Assembly (NCBI GenBank): GCA_010405405.1
Contig: MU004231.1
Location: 546,153 to 610,152 of the forward strand
Length of the DNA: 64,000 bases
DNA from: Microthyrium microscopicum
Taxonomy: Eukaryota
Reading direction: 5' to 3'
In this document: piece after piece, positions 25,005 through 36,773 of the stretch
How the letters are laid out: the number at the start of each line of letters is the position of its first letter
How positions within the stretch are numbered: the first letter of the stretch is position 1
The notes under the pieces: generated by a model
Told to the model about the DNA's origin: nothing
The model's input: only the letters and a program-made list of their open reading frames with translations
The model's database searches: none
Translations under genes and position numbers: made by a program

Positions 25005-26732
25005 ATGTTTGTCAAGTATGCTTCTGGTTGGCTTGTAGCCAGTGTGGCTTTCCAAGGTTCGAGCCTCATTGCGGATTGATCTTTGAGAAGTACTAACTTA
25101 TCAAAAAGCTCTCGCCGTTCCCGCAGAATCTACCTTCGCTCAAGTTTCGGACAGCGGAATCGAATTGACTAGCCAGAATGAGTTGCACAATGAGATGCTT
25201 CAAGGCAAGTTTGCCGCGCAAGTTGAAAGAATGAGAGATAGCGCACACGGTCTTCAGCGTGCTGGCCATCTTGAGAAGGAGCTGCGTAGACAGACAGTTG
25301 CTTGGGATGTTGTAAAGCGACAGGTTACAATTCCTACTATCTCTACAACTTTGTCTCAATTCACTGCCACTGTCTCCCAAATCTTGGCACAAGGCAATAG
25401 CGGCATCAACAATGCATTGAATCAGATCAGTAGGCATTCCATTCTGAGCTAAGACATGGTACTAAGACATTCTACAGATCCAGCGCTCGCGAACCTCAAC
25501 ACCATGATTGCACAGCTAGGTACGAACGCTACTGGGACGGTCAACAATGTCACCAATGCAGTTACCAATCCAAATGCATACAGTCAACTGCTCGTGCCTA
25601 TTGCCAATAACCTTCAAAATGCTGCCAACACTTTGCAGGGTCTTTACAACGCTCTTGACGTAAGCAGCTTGAGCTTGTCAGTCCCACTACCAGTCTGCGA
25701 TGTTACCATCATCAATACCGCCGCCACGACACTCCTTGGTTCCCTTACCCAGCTTTCAAACACGGTTACCATTCTGGGAAATACTCTTAGTAAGCCAATC
25801 TGAACCATTTGTCCCTGTAACTGCATCTAACTATATGCATTAGAGCAAGTCAATGCTCTCTCAGCACTTTCAGGTGTTCTCGACGATATTCAGGATCGTG
25901 TCACCCAGATTGTGAACTTGAACCAAGGCCTTGTTCTAGCTACCAACAACCTCGTCAACAAGATTCAACTTAGCTGCAGTGCAGCTAATGTCACCGGTTT
26001 GACCAACCTTCAAGCTGGCCTGAACACAGCACTGGCCTCCCTAGGAGTAAGTAACCGTCTCCGTGATAGCATGAGCTTTCCGCTAACCTGAGCCAGACTG
26101 CTTTGGCGACCATCACAGGATTGTTACATAACCTTGACATTCCTGGTCAGATAGTTGGAAGCGTAGGAGGAGTCAGTGACGTTGTTGGACAACTTATCGG
26201 CGCCATTACCGGAGTCGTTGGCAACCTAACTGGCGCTCTCGGAAACGGAACCACCGCCATTGGTGGTGCAGTAGGAGGCACACTGACTAACATCACTGCC
26301 GCGCTTGGTAGCGGCATCGCCGCTCTCGGAGCCCAGCCAGCCACAGCTGTTCCACAGTTGACTGCAGCGCTGACCACGGCACTTACTGGTATCCAGAATG
26401 GCACCATTAGTGCAACAACAATTGCGCAGACCATAGCTACATCTCTCGCTGCTCTTGCGCCTGCCACGCCAGCTATCTCCACAACGGGCCTAACTTCAAC
26501 GCTTACTTCTGTACTCAGTGTGCTCTCTGGCCTGGTTGGTGGCGTAGCAAGCCCAGCTGCCGCTGCAACGGCTCTAACTACAGCCCTAACTTCAGCTGTG
26601 ACTGGCGCTACTGCTGGTACTAACCCAGTGCTTGCTCTAACTGCATCTTTGAATACAGCATTTGCTAGCATTAGTGCCAACGGAACTGCGAATCCAGTGT
26701 CAGGTCTTACTGGATTGCTCGGTGGCCTCTAG
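25005..26732 (+). CDS. secreted Ala/Thr/Gly/Leu-rich amphipathic-helical (cell-wall/surface) protein
   Basis: MFVKYASGWLVASVAFQALAVP signal after splicing the first short intron, KR processing site, and a very A/T/G/L/V-rich nearly uncharged C-terminal half; several short introns. Confidence 0.75.
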
Positions 26733-26998
26733 ATAGCACTACCTTTACAAGCATGATGTTCACTACGACTGCCTGATGAGGCGCCATGCTTGGTTGCTGG
26801 CACGACGCGGGTGGGGGACATGGATAAAAGTGTTGACAGAAGGTTTGATTAGTTTTGCATGAGCTAGTGTTCATATATTGCATTCATTATTTCGTTACCT
26901 GTTACGATCTTAAGGCTCCTCCAAAACATGCATGTAACAGGCCTATCAATCCAGCTGTCCTGGTCCAGCTCTCCAGACCCTCAAAAAGTTCTAGACGT

Positions 26999-28293
26999 TC
27001 AACTCTTATTACGCTGTGCAAACCCCGACAGCTCACAAGTCCCCGTTTCCCACCCCAAGACCCTTCCTTGCGCCATGATATTGCTATGCTTCCTCTCATG
27101 CTCGCGTTCCCGCCATCTCCACGCCCAATAAGTCTGATACTGCCTCGGCGGAGGCCCACTAACCAGCGTAAGCTGGATTTTCATATCATGTCTCGTCTGA
27201 TCTTCTTGATTCTTGACCTGTAGCCCATGCATCAACCCCCACAAATCAACATGCGTCAAATCTTTGCTGAACCAGCACCCATTTCTGGGCGTCAGCGCCT
27301 TGCGAAACTTCCACTTCTCATCTTCTCGTACGACCAACCGATTTGGCAAGGCCCAGTCTGATTTCATCACCAGCTCGAGACGGGCTAGATTCTGGCATGT
27401 GTGTAGCCAGATACACGATCGCATTATAGCGCGCGACATGATTCCCTCTGCGCGCTGGAAGAGATGCGTCAATTGTGCGTTTAGATATTCGTTGTGGCGC
27501 GCTTGCTGGGCATATGGCAGTGCCTCGATGACTACTTGTCCCTTTATCAGTCCAACCATATATTTCTGGTTGACGCATCTAATACACTCCATCTGCGAGC
27601 ACCATGGCGCAGGTAGAGATATATAGCGGATATGTTTGCGGTTGGCTGCGCCAATCTTTGCCAGAAAACAAAAAAGTACGACCCAGCCGGCCGGTGTGGT
27701 GAAATCAAACGTGTTGTTGCCATAGAAGACCTGAGAAGCTTCGCGATTGATGGTCTTGCATGTGCGGAGAAGACGTAGTAGTGGTGCAATTTCTTGGACA
27801 TATAACTTGTGACCACCTAGAAACTTGTAGGGGTAGTGGTTTACTGGACGAACGTCGGCTGAGTAGTAGGTCTCTTCTACCGTGGGACATAAACTGATGG
27901 GCTTTGGAGAAAGTAAGAGTTCCTTGTATATCATCATTCGTACGTCCACATCCAGGTCAAGAAAGCTTAGTTTGCCCTTGTACTCGGGCTCAGCGCTCTT
28001 AGTACAGAGTAGATATACCAGAAGAATGTAGGGAAGCTTACATAGTCGATAGCGAATAGCTCTTCTTCCAACAAGATTGGATGTTTGAATAGCCGTTTCT
28101 GAATGGCTCTCCGCTTGAATGCTTCTGGAACTTCCCGTCTCTTTGGCGACTGGCTCACGAATCCAGACTCTTTTGATCCAGACACTGGCTTTTTTGGCGT
28201 TGTCTTCTTCGAGGTAAATTCACTTGTTTTCGACTGACTTAGAGTTGGAGAAACCCATTGCTTCTTTTCTTTTGTTCTCGTCAACATAGGCAT
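26999..28293 (-). CDS. fungal hypothetical protein with F-box-like 'FLDL..DVRMMIYKELL' region
   Basis: FLDLDVDVRMMIYKELL...LLRTCKTINREASQVFYGNNTFDF...FLAKIG..N...IRYISL is a common Pezizomycotina motif set; one short intron near 27965-28020. Confidence 0.75.
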
Positions 28294-28759
28294 TTTCAGG
28301 GTGGAATAATAGATTGACGGTAGTGGAGGTTATAGCTATGAAGGAGTAACAGGTCAAACGTTTTATATCTGGACTGGCAAAGGCTGAAATAGGGGCAATA
28401 AAATATTCCGGGGGTCAATGGTGGCTGGCGATCGTCCATCTCAATCCTTATTTCTGCCAAAGCTAGGCTGACATCGCCATAACGCCCCCCTGTCGATATA
28501 TGAACCTCCTCGTCAAACAATCGATTTTCACATGCAATATCAGTCTGCAAATGTTGACAAAGCGGCGTTACTATACATCTGTATGAATTCAAGAACCCAT
28601 TATATACTACGCCGAGCATTCCATCATGCTTGAAATTTGCCCCCAAGGCTGCTAGAACATTTGCACAAAAATCCCAAGACAACCAACAACGCCTTTCTAT
28701 GCAATCAAGATAATAAAACAGTATGGAAGGCTCAAGTTTTCGGAAAGACGGCATCTTCT

Positions 28760-30874
28760 CTAGTCTTCATCATCAGTGTCTGTGTTGGTGTCGCTGGTAT
28801 CATCAGCAACATCTCCATCGGTGTCACTATCATCGCTATCGTCATGAACTGCTTCACGCAAGCCCTTCAGTTGTCCTGCAATAGTATCTGCAAGTGGAAT
28901 TAGTTTTTGATGCTCTGTGTGGGACTGAGATGGGGACGTACCTTCACCGGGTTCGCTGATTTCACCTTCGTCCTCCATGTCTTCAGCTTTGTCGCCATCT
29001 TCAACAGTGAGTGTGATGAACTCCTTGATGTCGAAACCCACATAGCTGTCGTTGATGATGTGCATAGCAAAGGTATAGTTGCCAGGGCCTGGTGGAGCAC
29101 CGAATTGCATCTTGAGGGTTTGCACGTTGTATGTTGGTTCCCCATCAGCTGTGAGAATGGGCTTGTCGAAAGTCGAGTAGGTGAATGGAGGGACAGCAAT
29201 GCGACCCATCTTTGGCTCGCCTAGGAAAATGTGATAGACTGGAGAGTGATCGCGTGCAAAGTATGGCGCATGGGCGATTGGCGGTGCGAAACGTTCCTTC
29301 TCTTCAGATGATTCTGCAGCTTCTTCTTCATCGAAATCTTCCTCCTTAAGTGGAGGAAGATTGGTGGCACCAGGAGGAACAAATCGGAACTTGACAACAA
29401 GTTGGACCAAGCTGTTCGGTGTCACAAAGCGCTCGCCAGTAACTCTGAAGTACACCCGTTCTAGATTAATAGCTGGAAGTTGAAGAGCAGTTTTTATCGC
29501 GACCTGGTATTGTTGTTCGCTCAGTAAACCGGAACCAACTGTGAGCTTCTTCCGCTGCGCGGCTGGCATAGACATATACTCGCCGACTGTGAGATGGTTG
29601 CGTGCTTTAGGTCCTTCAATCGCACTGACGATCTTAGGTGAGAAAAAGGGTAGTTGTAGAAGCGGAGAGCCCGTTGGAGGAATTGCTTGGATGAGATCTT
29701 GGGAAACGTGGAGAGATGCACACAATGGTCGAGTCGTAGAGAAAGCTTGTGTAATAACAGCTAGAGCATCGGTGAGTTGCCATGCGATTGGCGCGACACC
29801 GAATTTTTCCTTGTTCAGCGTGTCATCACCAAGATCTACACGACCAAGATGAGCCCAAAGGAGGGATAGAACCTTTCGTCGGCCAGCATCGTTGAGTTCT
29901 ATCAGTTTTTGCTTGTCCGCCAAGGTTAGACCTCCAGCAAGATGAGAGAGTTCTCCCTCTGTGAGGATTGATGTTTCCACTTTCGAAAGGCCGACTTCTG
30001 ATCGATCAGCGCCTATTATAGTCTCGTATTCTTCGCCGCCGCTGAGAGATGTTATCACATCGCCTTCCGTCATATCCTCGTCGTATTCTTTGACAAGTGT
30101 GGCAGCCGAGTTGACAAGGATACCGTCCTTGGTGACCTTCTGGGTTCCGTACCACCACTTTCCAACAACATAGGGAAGGAATATTCCGAGTAGCCCAAGA
30201 TAAAAGATTAAAGTGTATTTGCCGTATCCGTCTGCCACAAGGAAAGTTGGCAGAGCAATACCCATACTGAAGCTTTGCTTGCCATCGGGATGTCCATACT
30301 GGAGAAAGTTATTCCTAATCTCCTCATCGGTCAGAGCTTTAAAGGCCTTTGTGATTTCGACCCAATGTTCATTGACAGATTCCACGGTTTGGTTTTTGGC
30401 GGCATCTATTTGTACTTTATCGGGATGCTGTGTAAGGGAGAGTTTTCGGTAATGACGCTTGATCTCTTTTTCGGATGCAGACTGAAGAAAGCGTTAGACT
30501 GAATATGCAGCATACCGAGCGAGACTTACCATGGAGACACCTAGAACATCATATGGATCCCAGATTTTGGGAATGGTACGTGCCGTCACGATGATCAAAT
30601 ACACCATAGACGACATCAGAACCCATCCCAAGCCACTGAGTATCATGCGCTTCAACTTGCGCTCTCTCCGCCGTTGTAGCTTCTTTTGCTCATCGATAAG
30701 CTCGACATCTCGAGGTTTGTATTCGGACCGAATTCTAGGGGCAGTATTTTCGAGTTCTTTGTTTGGTTTGAAGGCGGAATATGTGAGAGGGAGAGTAATT
30801 AGGCCAGTGATTGTGAGGATGAAATATGGGAAGAATTGGCCTTCAACGTCGTAGTTGTAGTCAGTACCAGACAT
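28760..30874 (-). CDS. SEC63: Sec63 translocon J-protein
   Basis: YNYDVEGQFFPYF, WDPYDVLG, J-domain HPD, GHPDGKQSFSMGIALP, QLPF and acidic tail DTNTDTDDED. Confidence 0.96.
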
Positions 30875-31572
30875 GATGGCGATGGCCTATAGTTTCGTGC
30901 GCAGAGCAAGGCGGTGATTAGAATTCCAAAAGTCAGATGAGCATGACTATGCGGTGGTGTTGGATGAAAGAATAGGAGAAAGTGTCAAAGTTGACTGCAA
31001 AGGTGTCTGTATGAGTGGATGAGGACAAAGAGGTCTCATGTGCAATTTGTTTGAGGAAAGTTCCACCTGGCTTCTCCAGTCACTTTCGCCCTGTCAACCC
31101 TGGTTGGTCCTCCCAATTTTGCCGATATTCTGCCGATCTTTTTTGGTAGAACCCTGGTCCCTGCTAGCGTATATCATTGCCCTGCCAAGACTTTTCATCT
31201 CAACTTCACTATTTCCTCTTTCGGACCACGATCCTGGTATCAACCTCCATAACACTTTAGGTCTGTGTTATGAGATCTATCATGGTCAATAGAATTCGGC
31301 CTGTACTGTCAGAGTGCAATATGTCTTGGATTCATGCGCTGCTTCTTCAGCAAACGTGAGATCGACTTCACCTGGAGCTGTTTTCTATCACTAAATTCTG
31401 GGAGCATGATGCAGGACAGTATGTATCACGACATCTTGAGTGTCATTATGGTACCCTCTAGGTAAAAGCTTGTAGCTCAGCCACTATGGTGTTATATATT
31501 CTGCTGGCACAGGATCGATCTCCTGCTTCTCTGCCTTACCACACCTTCTGAACCATAGGATTAGAAGTTTAC

Positions 31573-32502
31573 ATGCCCCCAGTTCATGGTCATGGTTCTA
31601 CAAACCATCATGCTCATAGAACCCCGACATCAGAGATACAGTCTACGTCTACAATGGGTCCCAGGTCTTCGTGGAAAAGAGAAGTAGGCTCTACAACCTC
31701 TGCCAATAATTCCGGTCCCTCTACTGAAGATGGAGCAATTGCTGCCGGTACCACTGATCAGGGATCCGTTGCTCCACTTGTTATCGTCATTTTCCAGTTC
31801 ATCTTCTTTGTGTTCTTCTTTTTCTGGTGCGTGTTCAGGTTCATGTACATGGCATTGAAGCACCCTTCAGAGGAAAAGAAGAAATCGAAGCCTCCGGATC
31901 TAGAAGCACAAGCAACAATTACGAAGCGGACCGAACCAGATATTCCAGTCCGAGCTGGGCCATCTCAGCACTCTATCACTACGGTCGCGTCGAATGCCAC
32001 CCGAGATCCAACGGGAAAACATGGCTTCATCCAAATTGGTAGAGATCCATCCGTCGTTACCAATAGGAAAGGTCACGAGAGGAGGCTTGACACAGTGGAG
32101 GAACGTGCCTACTCCAAATCATCTTCAGTACATCTGCCGTTGAACAGGCCAGATCCGCAAACTTCTCGTTGGAACTTTCACCATAATCGATACACCCGCG
32201 ACGAACCAGAACAGCTTACTACTTTGACAAGCGCTGTCTATCAACCAAGAGCTGTTCTTCCCGTGCGGCAGCTTCTCCCTGCGGCTACCTCCTCGAATTC
32301 GCAAGGCAGATTCCGCGAGGAATTTGAAATGACTTCTTTCAAATCACAGGACGACGCCATGAGTACAAATGGTACGGTCAGTACGAGAGGCAAACAGAGG
32401 GCTCATGCATTTTATATGCTTACCGAAGGGCCGGCGCCTGATCCTCAGAACGTCCCGAAGGATTGGAAAAAGATTATCCAGGAGAGAATCTGGACATCGT
32501 AG
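31573..32502 (+). CDS. hypothetical single-pass membrane protein
   Basis: 309-aa ORF with one Phe-rich transmembrane segment (LVIVIFQFIFFVFFFFWCVF) followed by a basic patch and DLEAQ motif. Confidence 0.7.
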   Translation: MPPVHGHGSTNHHAHRTPTSEIQSTSTMGPRSSWKREVGSTTSANNSGPSTEDGAIAAGTTDQGSVAPLVIVIFQFIFFVFFFFWCVFRFMYMALKHPSEEKKKSKPPDLEAQATITKRTEPDIPVRAGPSQHSITTVASNATRDPTGKHGFIQIGRDPSVVTNRKGHERRLDTVEERAYSKSSSVHLPLNRPDPQTSRWNFHHNRYTRDEPEQLTTLTSAVYQPRAVLPVRQLLPAATSSNSQGRFREEFEMTSFKSQDDAMSTNGTVSTRGKQRAHAFYMLTEGPAPDPQNVPKDWKKIIQERIWTS

Positions 32503-32999
32503 ATACATTTGCCAGTTATTGGTACCAGATAAGACGAACGGTCGTCAATGAACAGTACTCAGTTCACCATTTGTATGGCGTGTGGCATCACGAAGTGTAG
32601 AATAGTCAAGAGATCGCACCACAGAATTTGAAAGATTGAAATGTATCTACTGTTCTTTTCTGCTGAAACAATACTACCTCCCAGATTTTGGACAACTGTG
32701 GGAGATGTGTAGGTCAATCGCTTCATAAACTGGGCACTATCTCGTGAAGCTCACTTTTTGAGGTAACCAAGCACAATGCTTTCACTGACATCTGAATTGC
32801 CCTACAGATTCACCCATATCAAACTTACCTCATTGCTAGTGACAAACATGCATCTTATACAAAATATATCTACTTCATCATTGTTCAGTCTTTTTCAGTC
32901 TTCTTCTTCATGTTTTACCCCCCTTGATACTCCACCACTTGATTGCCATCTACGGCGATGGAGTCAACTTACTACTCTTTTCCAGATTTTGGTGAATCC

Positions 33000-34278
33000 A
33001 TGCATCAACAAAAGGATAAAATTCACCGGGCCCGCTTCTTTCGTCGGTTTGGCGCCCATATGAATCGATCGATGCCCAAAGAGTTGCGTAAAAAGCTCTA
33101 CGCATTACCTCAGTACAATCTACAACCTTTGAGCGCCAATCAAAGCAGCCTGTCTATTCGTCCACGAGAACTAGATATTGACAATTGGCTTCCAATCGAT
33201 TGGAGTTATCTTGCATTTCATAGTACTCGCAAACGCTCGTTAGACCAAAAGAAAGATTCTGCTATACAATATCGCAATGGTAACGAACCAGATCCTGTTG
33301 TTGATGCGGCCTGTCGGAATACTCTTGAGCTTGTCATTGAGCATCTGACGACGTTATACCCCCAGTTTTTCAAGCTGAGTGGTAATATCATTTCAAATCT
33401 CCTGACGGGCGAGAGCTTCGACATCGACAACGGGGCGATGCGTCCTCTTGAGATAGCCGCTCGGCTAGCAAATGAAGACTTTAACATTTTGCTGCCAATC
33501 GAGAAGGAAGAATCGGAGGTTGTTCATCAGCTCGCAGCAACCGCGACCCTGTTTCCTGTATATCAAGCCATGTACCGTTAATCATGACTTCTACTAACTA
33601 AGATCAAGGCCGGCTGGAAAATCAAAGAGCGTATTGGATGGCATACTGCTCAACTCCACGGCCCAGTCCCTGGCTGGGACGTAAAATTAAGAGTCGGAGT
33701 CGAGCGCTCATGCTACCGCATTTCTCACGGCGTCGATTCTCGAGATCAACCCGATACATTACCAGATGGCGATTCCAAACGCCGCTTCGAGCGACTCGCA
33801 GTGTTCCCACAAATTGATCGCCCTAATTCCTCTTTAGAGCTCTTGTTTGTAGATGATGGTGACCAGTTTTATCCTAAAGAATTGAGTCCTCCCGACCCAT
33901 CAAACTTCATAATACGACGAGAACGGCAAGTCAATTTCTTTCTTCACTATGAGCTACTTGGTTCTAATTAAATACAGACAAACCTTCCGACGTTTACCAA
34001 AAGTCAATGGGTTGTTATTTACTGTGCGCACATACGTCTATTTCCTCGACGAGGTCGACGCCGAAGAAACTAAGGGTTTGACAGAGCAGATTATGGCTCT
34101 CAAGCCTGACCATGCGGCGTACAAACAACGAGATGGTTGGATTGACTGTTTGCTCAAACGATGTAAAGAGCTTGGAGTGACGCCAGACGTAAGAAAAGAC
34201 AGTGAAGTTGCTGTGTTTGAGCCTAAGCCGGGGTTTTTGAGTCGGGTTGTTACTTGGGCGTTTCCTAAGAAGTCTTGA
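33000..34278 (+). CDS. DUF3445 / heme-dependent oxidative N-demethylase alpha-subunit-like protein (paralogue 1)
   Basis: NWLPIDWSY, PLEIAARLANEDFNIL, LFP|AGWKIKERIG...QLHGPVPGW and RRER|QTFRRLP...LFTVRTY; two introns, the second GC-AG (33926-33977). Confidence 0.85.
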
Positions 34279-35130
34279 TGGGCAGCTTGATTGTAATATA
34301 AGTACTTAGATACGTTGGTGATGCGCAAGGAAAGGTCACTGTCCGCAAATGTCTGCAGGAACGGAATCGTTTTCCTTTGAGAATGTAGCATTTTCTGCAA
34401 TGATGTTGCTCTCATGCAAGCGGCCACAATGTCGACAGGATAGATGGCAGGCGCCCATGAAGAGCCTAAGTCGCCATAAGCTATAAATTAGTAGTACTTG
34501 CGTCTGCCCACATAAAAAGTCAGTACCATGGCAATTAGAGAGGTAACTTGTTTTGTAGCTCTAATAGTAGCCATCGTCGCGGATGGAAGTGTGCCAGTCA
34601 TTTCTAACCCAAGTCACTTGGCCGCCAACGATTATGATCATATGAGATTTTACTTGTAAAGTCATTAATCGGCCCTGCTTTAGTAGTTTTTGGTTTGCTA
34701 AGAAGACGATGTCAGAACCAAACCCACTGATTTGAGCAATATCCAATTCATGAGCTGTGTCGTGTGAGTGTCTGAGCTGGACTTCCGGGCGTTCCATGCT
34801 GTCTACTCTAGCGACTCGTGTAAACGCAGTACAGACCGCCATTCAATCACTCACAAAATGCTTGAAGGTATTCACATCTAACTTCAAACCGGCTTTGGCA
34901 GTTAATCAAAAGAGGGTTTGCAATACGGTTTGCGAGAGTAGAATCAATGGCTACTTATACTTGTCTTTGGACAGTAGTTCCCTATCATCACAAACTTCAT
35001 TCATTAGCTTTGATAGCTATCCAGCATATACAGTCTTCTACAACTTCTAATCATACTATCTTCTGCTCGAGAACTGTTGATCAGATCTCCCTCATCACAA
35101 CATCAGTACTACAACTCGTCAGCTTGCGTC

Positions 35131-36429
35131 ATGAAGCCCACTGAGAAAACACACGTCAAGTTGGGACCATCTGGATACTGGTTCACGCACAAGCAAGCTG
35201 AATGGTATAATCGATGGTTCGAAGACCAAGTCAATAATTATGAGCTCTTCCCCAAGGGCGAAGCAAACCCAAGCCTAGTGAGGAAACTGGAAAATCTCAC
35301 ACTGATGACATTGCCATCGTTTGCACAAGACCAAATCACACCACGAGTTCGACTACAGACACTCAAACGTGGAAACGAGGTGCCAGAAGACTGGCTCCCG
35401 ATCGACTGGCAACATGCCGGTTTCTTGCTTGCCAAAAAGAGTCTCTATGAAGCCCGGCCGGGAGAGGTCGTTGCGTATGACTTATCAGGCAAAAACTTCA
35501 AGCCTGCGTTCCTGAAGGAGGCTTGCAAGAAGCTTCTCGACTCTATCATTGATTTTTATACCACCAATTATCCCAACTTCTACACGGAGAATCTGAAAGA
35601 CAAGACCGTCACCGACCAACTAATGCTTTCAACCTACAAGCGGAAGGACTACAACGACAGACCACTTGAGCTTGCTACTCTGCTGGCACCTGCCGACTTT
35701 ACAATTTTGCTGCCTGGGACAGAAGTAGATGCAGCAGGAAATCGGGATTTCTATCTCGCCGCGACAACCACAAGTTGGGCAGCTGGCTGGAAGGTAGAGG
35801 AACGTACTGGCTGGAGCATGGCACGAGTCCATGAGCTAGTTCCCGACTGGAAGAACCAACCTGGAACAGGTGTAAAGGCTCTATTCAACAGACTCGCCAA
35901 TGATCCAACCCGAATCTTCGCAAGATATTCCTTGTTTCCACAATTTCATACTAACCACAAATCGCTTGACAGCTTTCTCAACGTACGAGACGGGGAGGAC
36001 TTTTTTCCCAACCACGAGACAGCTACAGCATATGATTTGACAATCAGACGAGAGTATCAGCAGCTACACTCCATTACTGGAATCAATGGAAAGCCAGGCA
36101 TTGACGGGACAGCCATAGTCTTCACTGTTAGAACGTACATGGTCCCCCTCATGGACTTGCCGAAGGAAGAACTGGAGCTTTTTGCTAGACAGCTGCTCAA
36201 GATAGAGTCCAAGCATCCTGCTCAAGTCGACTACAAGAACATGGCAGCATGGAAACCCTGCGTGGTGGATGCGCTCTACAAGGCTGGCTCCACCCGAAAC
36301 GATACGCTCATAGAGCAACTGGAGGGGTTCGTTCCGGCAGCTGACAAAGTTGATCAAGCTATTTGGACCTCTGACAATGGTAAGCCGGCTGAGCGGATAG
36401 CAATCGAGACGCAATGGCATCTTTACTGA
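35131..36429 (+). CDS. DUF3445 family protein (paralogue 2), intronless
   Basis: DWLPIDWQH, PLELATLLAPADFTIL, WAAGWKVEERTGWSMARVHELVPDW, IRREYQQL and VFTVRTY. Confidence 0.85.
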   Translation: MKPTEKTHVKLGPSGYWFTHKQAEWYNRWFEDQVNNYELFPKGEANPSLVRKLENLTLMTLPSFAQDQITPRVRLQTLKRGNEVPEDWLPIDWQHAGFLLAKKSLYEARPGEVVAYDLSGKNFKPAFLKEACKKLLDSIIDFYTTNYPNFYTENLKDKTVTDQLMLSTYKRKDYNDRPLELATLLAPADFTILLPGTEVDAAGNRDFYLAATTTSWAAGWKVEERTGWSMARVHELVPDWKNQPGTGVKALFNRLANDPTRIFARYSLFPQFHTNHKSLDSFLNVRDGEDFFPNHETATAYDLTIRREYQQLHSITGINGKPGIDGTAIVFTVRTYMVPLMDLPKEELELFARQLLKIESKHPAQVDYKNMAAWKPCVVDALYKAGSTRNDTLIEQLEGFVPAADKVDQAIWTSDNGKPAERIAIETQWHLY

Positions 36430-36773
36430 GATGAGGCGCAAGGAGGAAGTGGTGAGTGAATTGTTATAAGTCAAGTGGATGAGAATGGTGTAGCTGAAGC
36501 TTTAACCCTGATACTGTAAATCGCTCTTTGGACACACACTTGGTCCGTATTGGCAGAAGGAGTGTTGGTATATCGTACATGAAACGGATGCAAGAGGTTA
36601 GATACTAGCATTTTATGCCAAATCCAAGACTCTTATTCCACATTATGACGTATATGAATTTCGTAGTATACAAATTCATCAGCTGAATCATAATTCTTCA
36701 AATGTCTTTCTTTCTAGTGTTGAAGCGGTTTAATATAGCATCTCACTCGCCCATGCTAAGTCCTTGACATACC

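Noticed and set aside
26147..26680. 177-aa antisense ORF
   Set aside because: Shadow of the Ala/Thr/Gly-rich exon.
28296..28754. 152-aa minus-strand ORF between SEC63 and the next gene
   Set aside because: Starts within a few bases of the SEC63 stop, spans 3'UTR/promoter space and has no recognisable motif.
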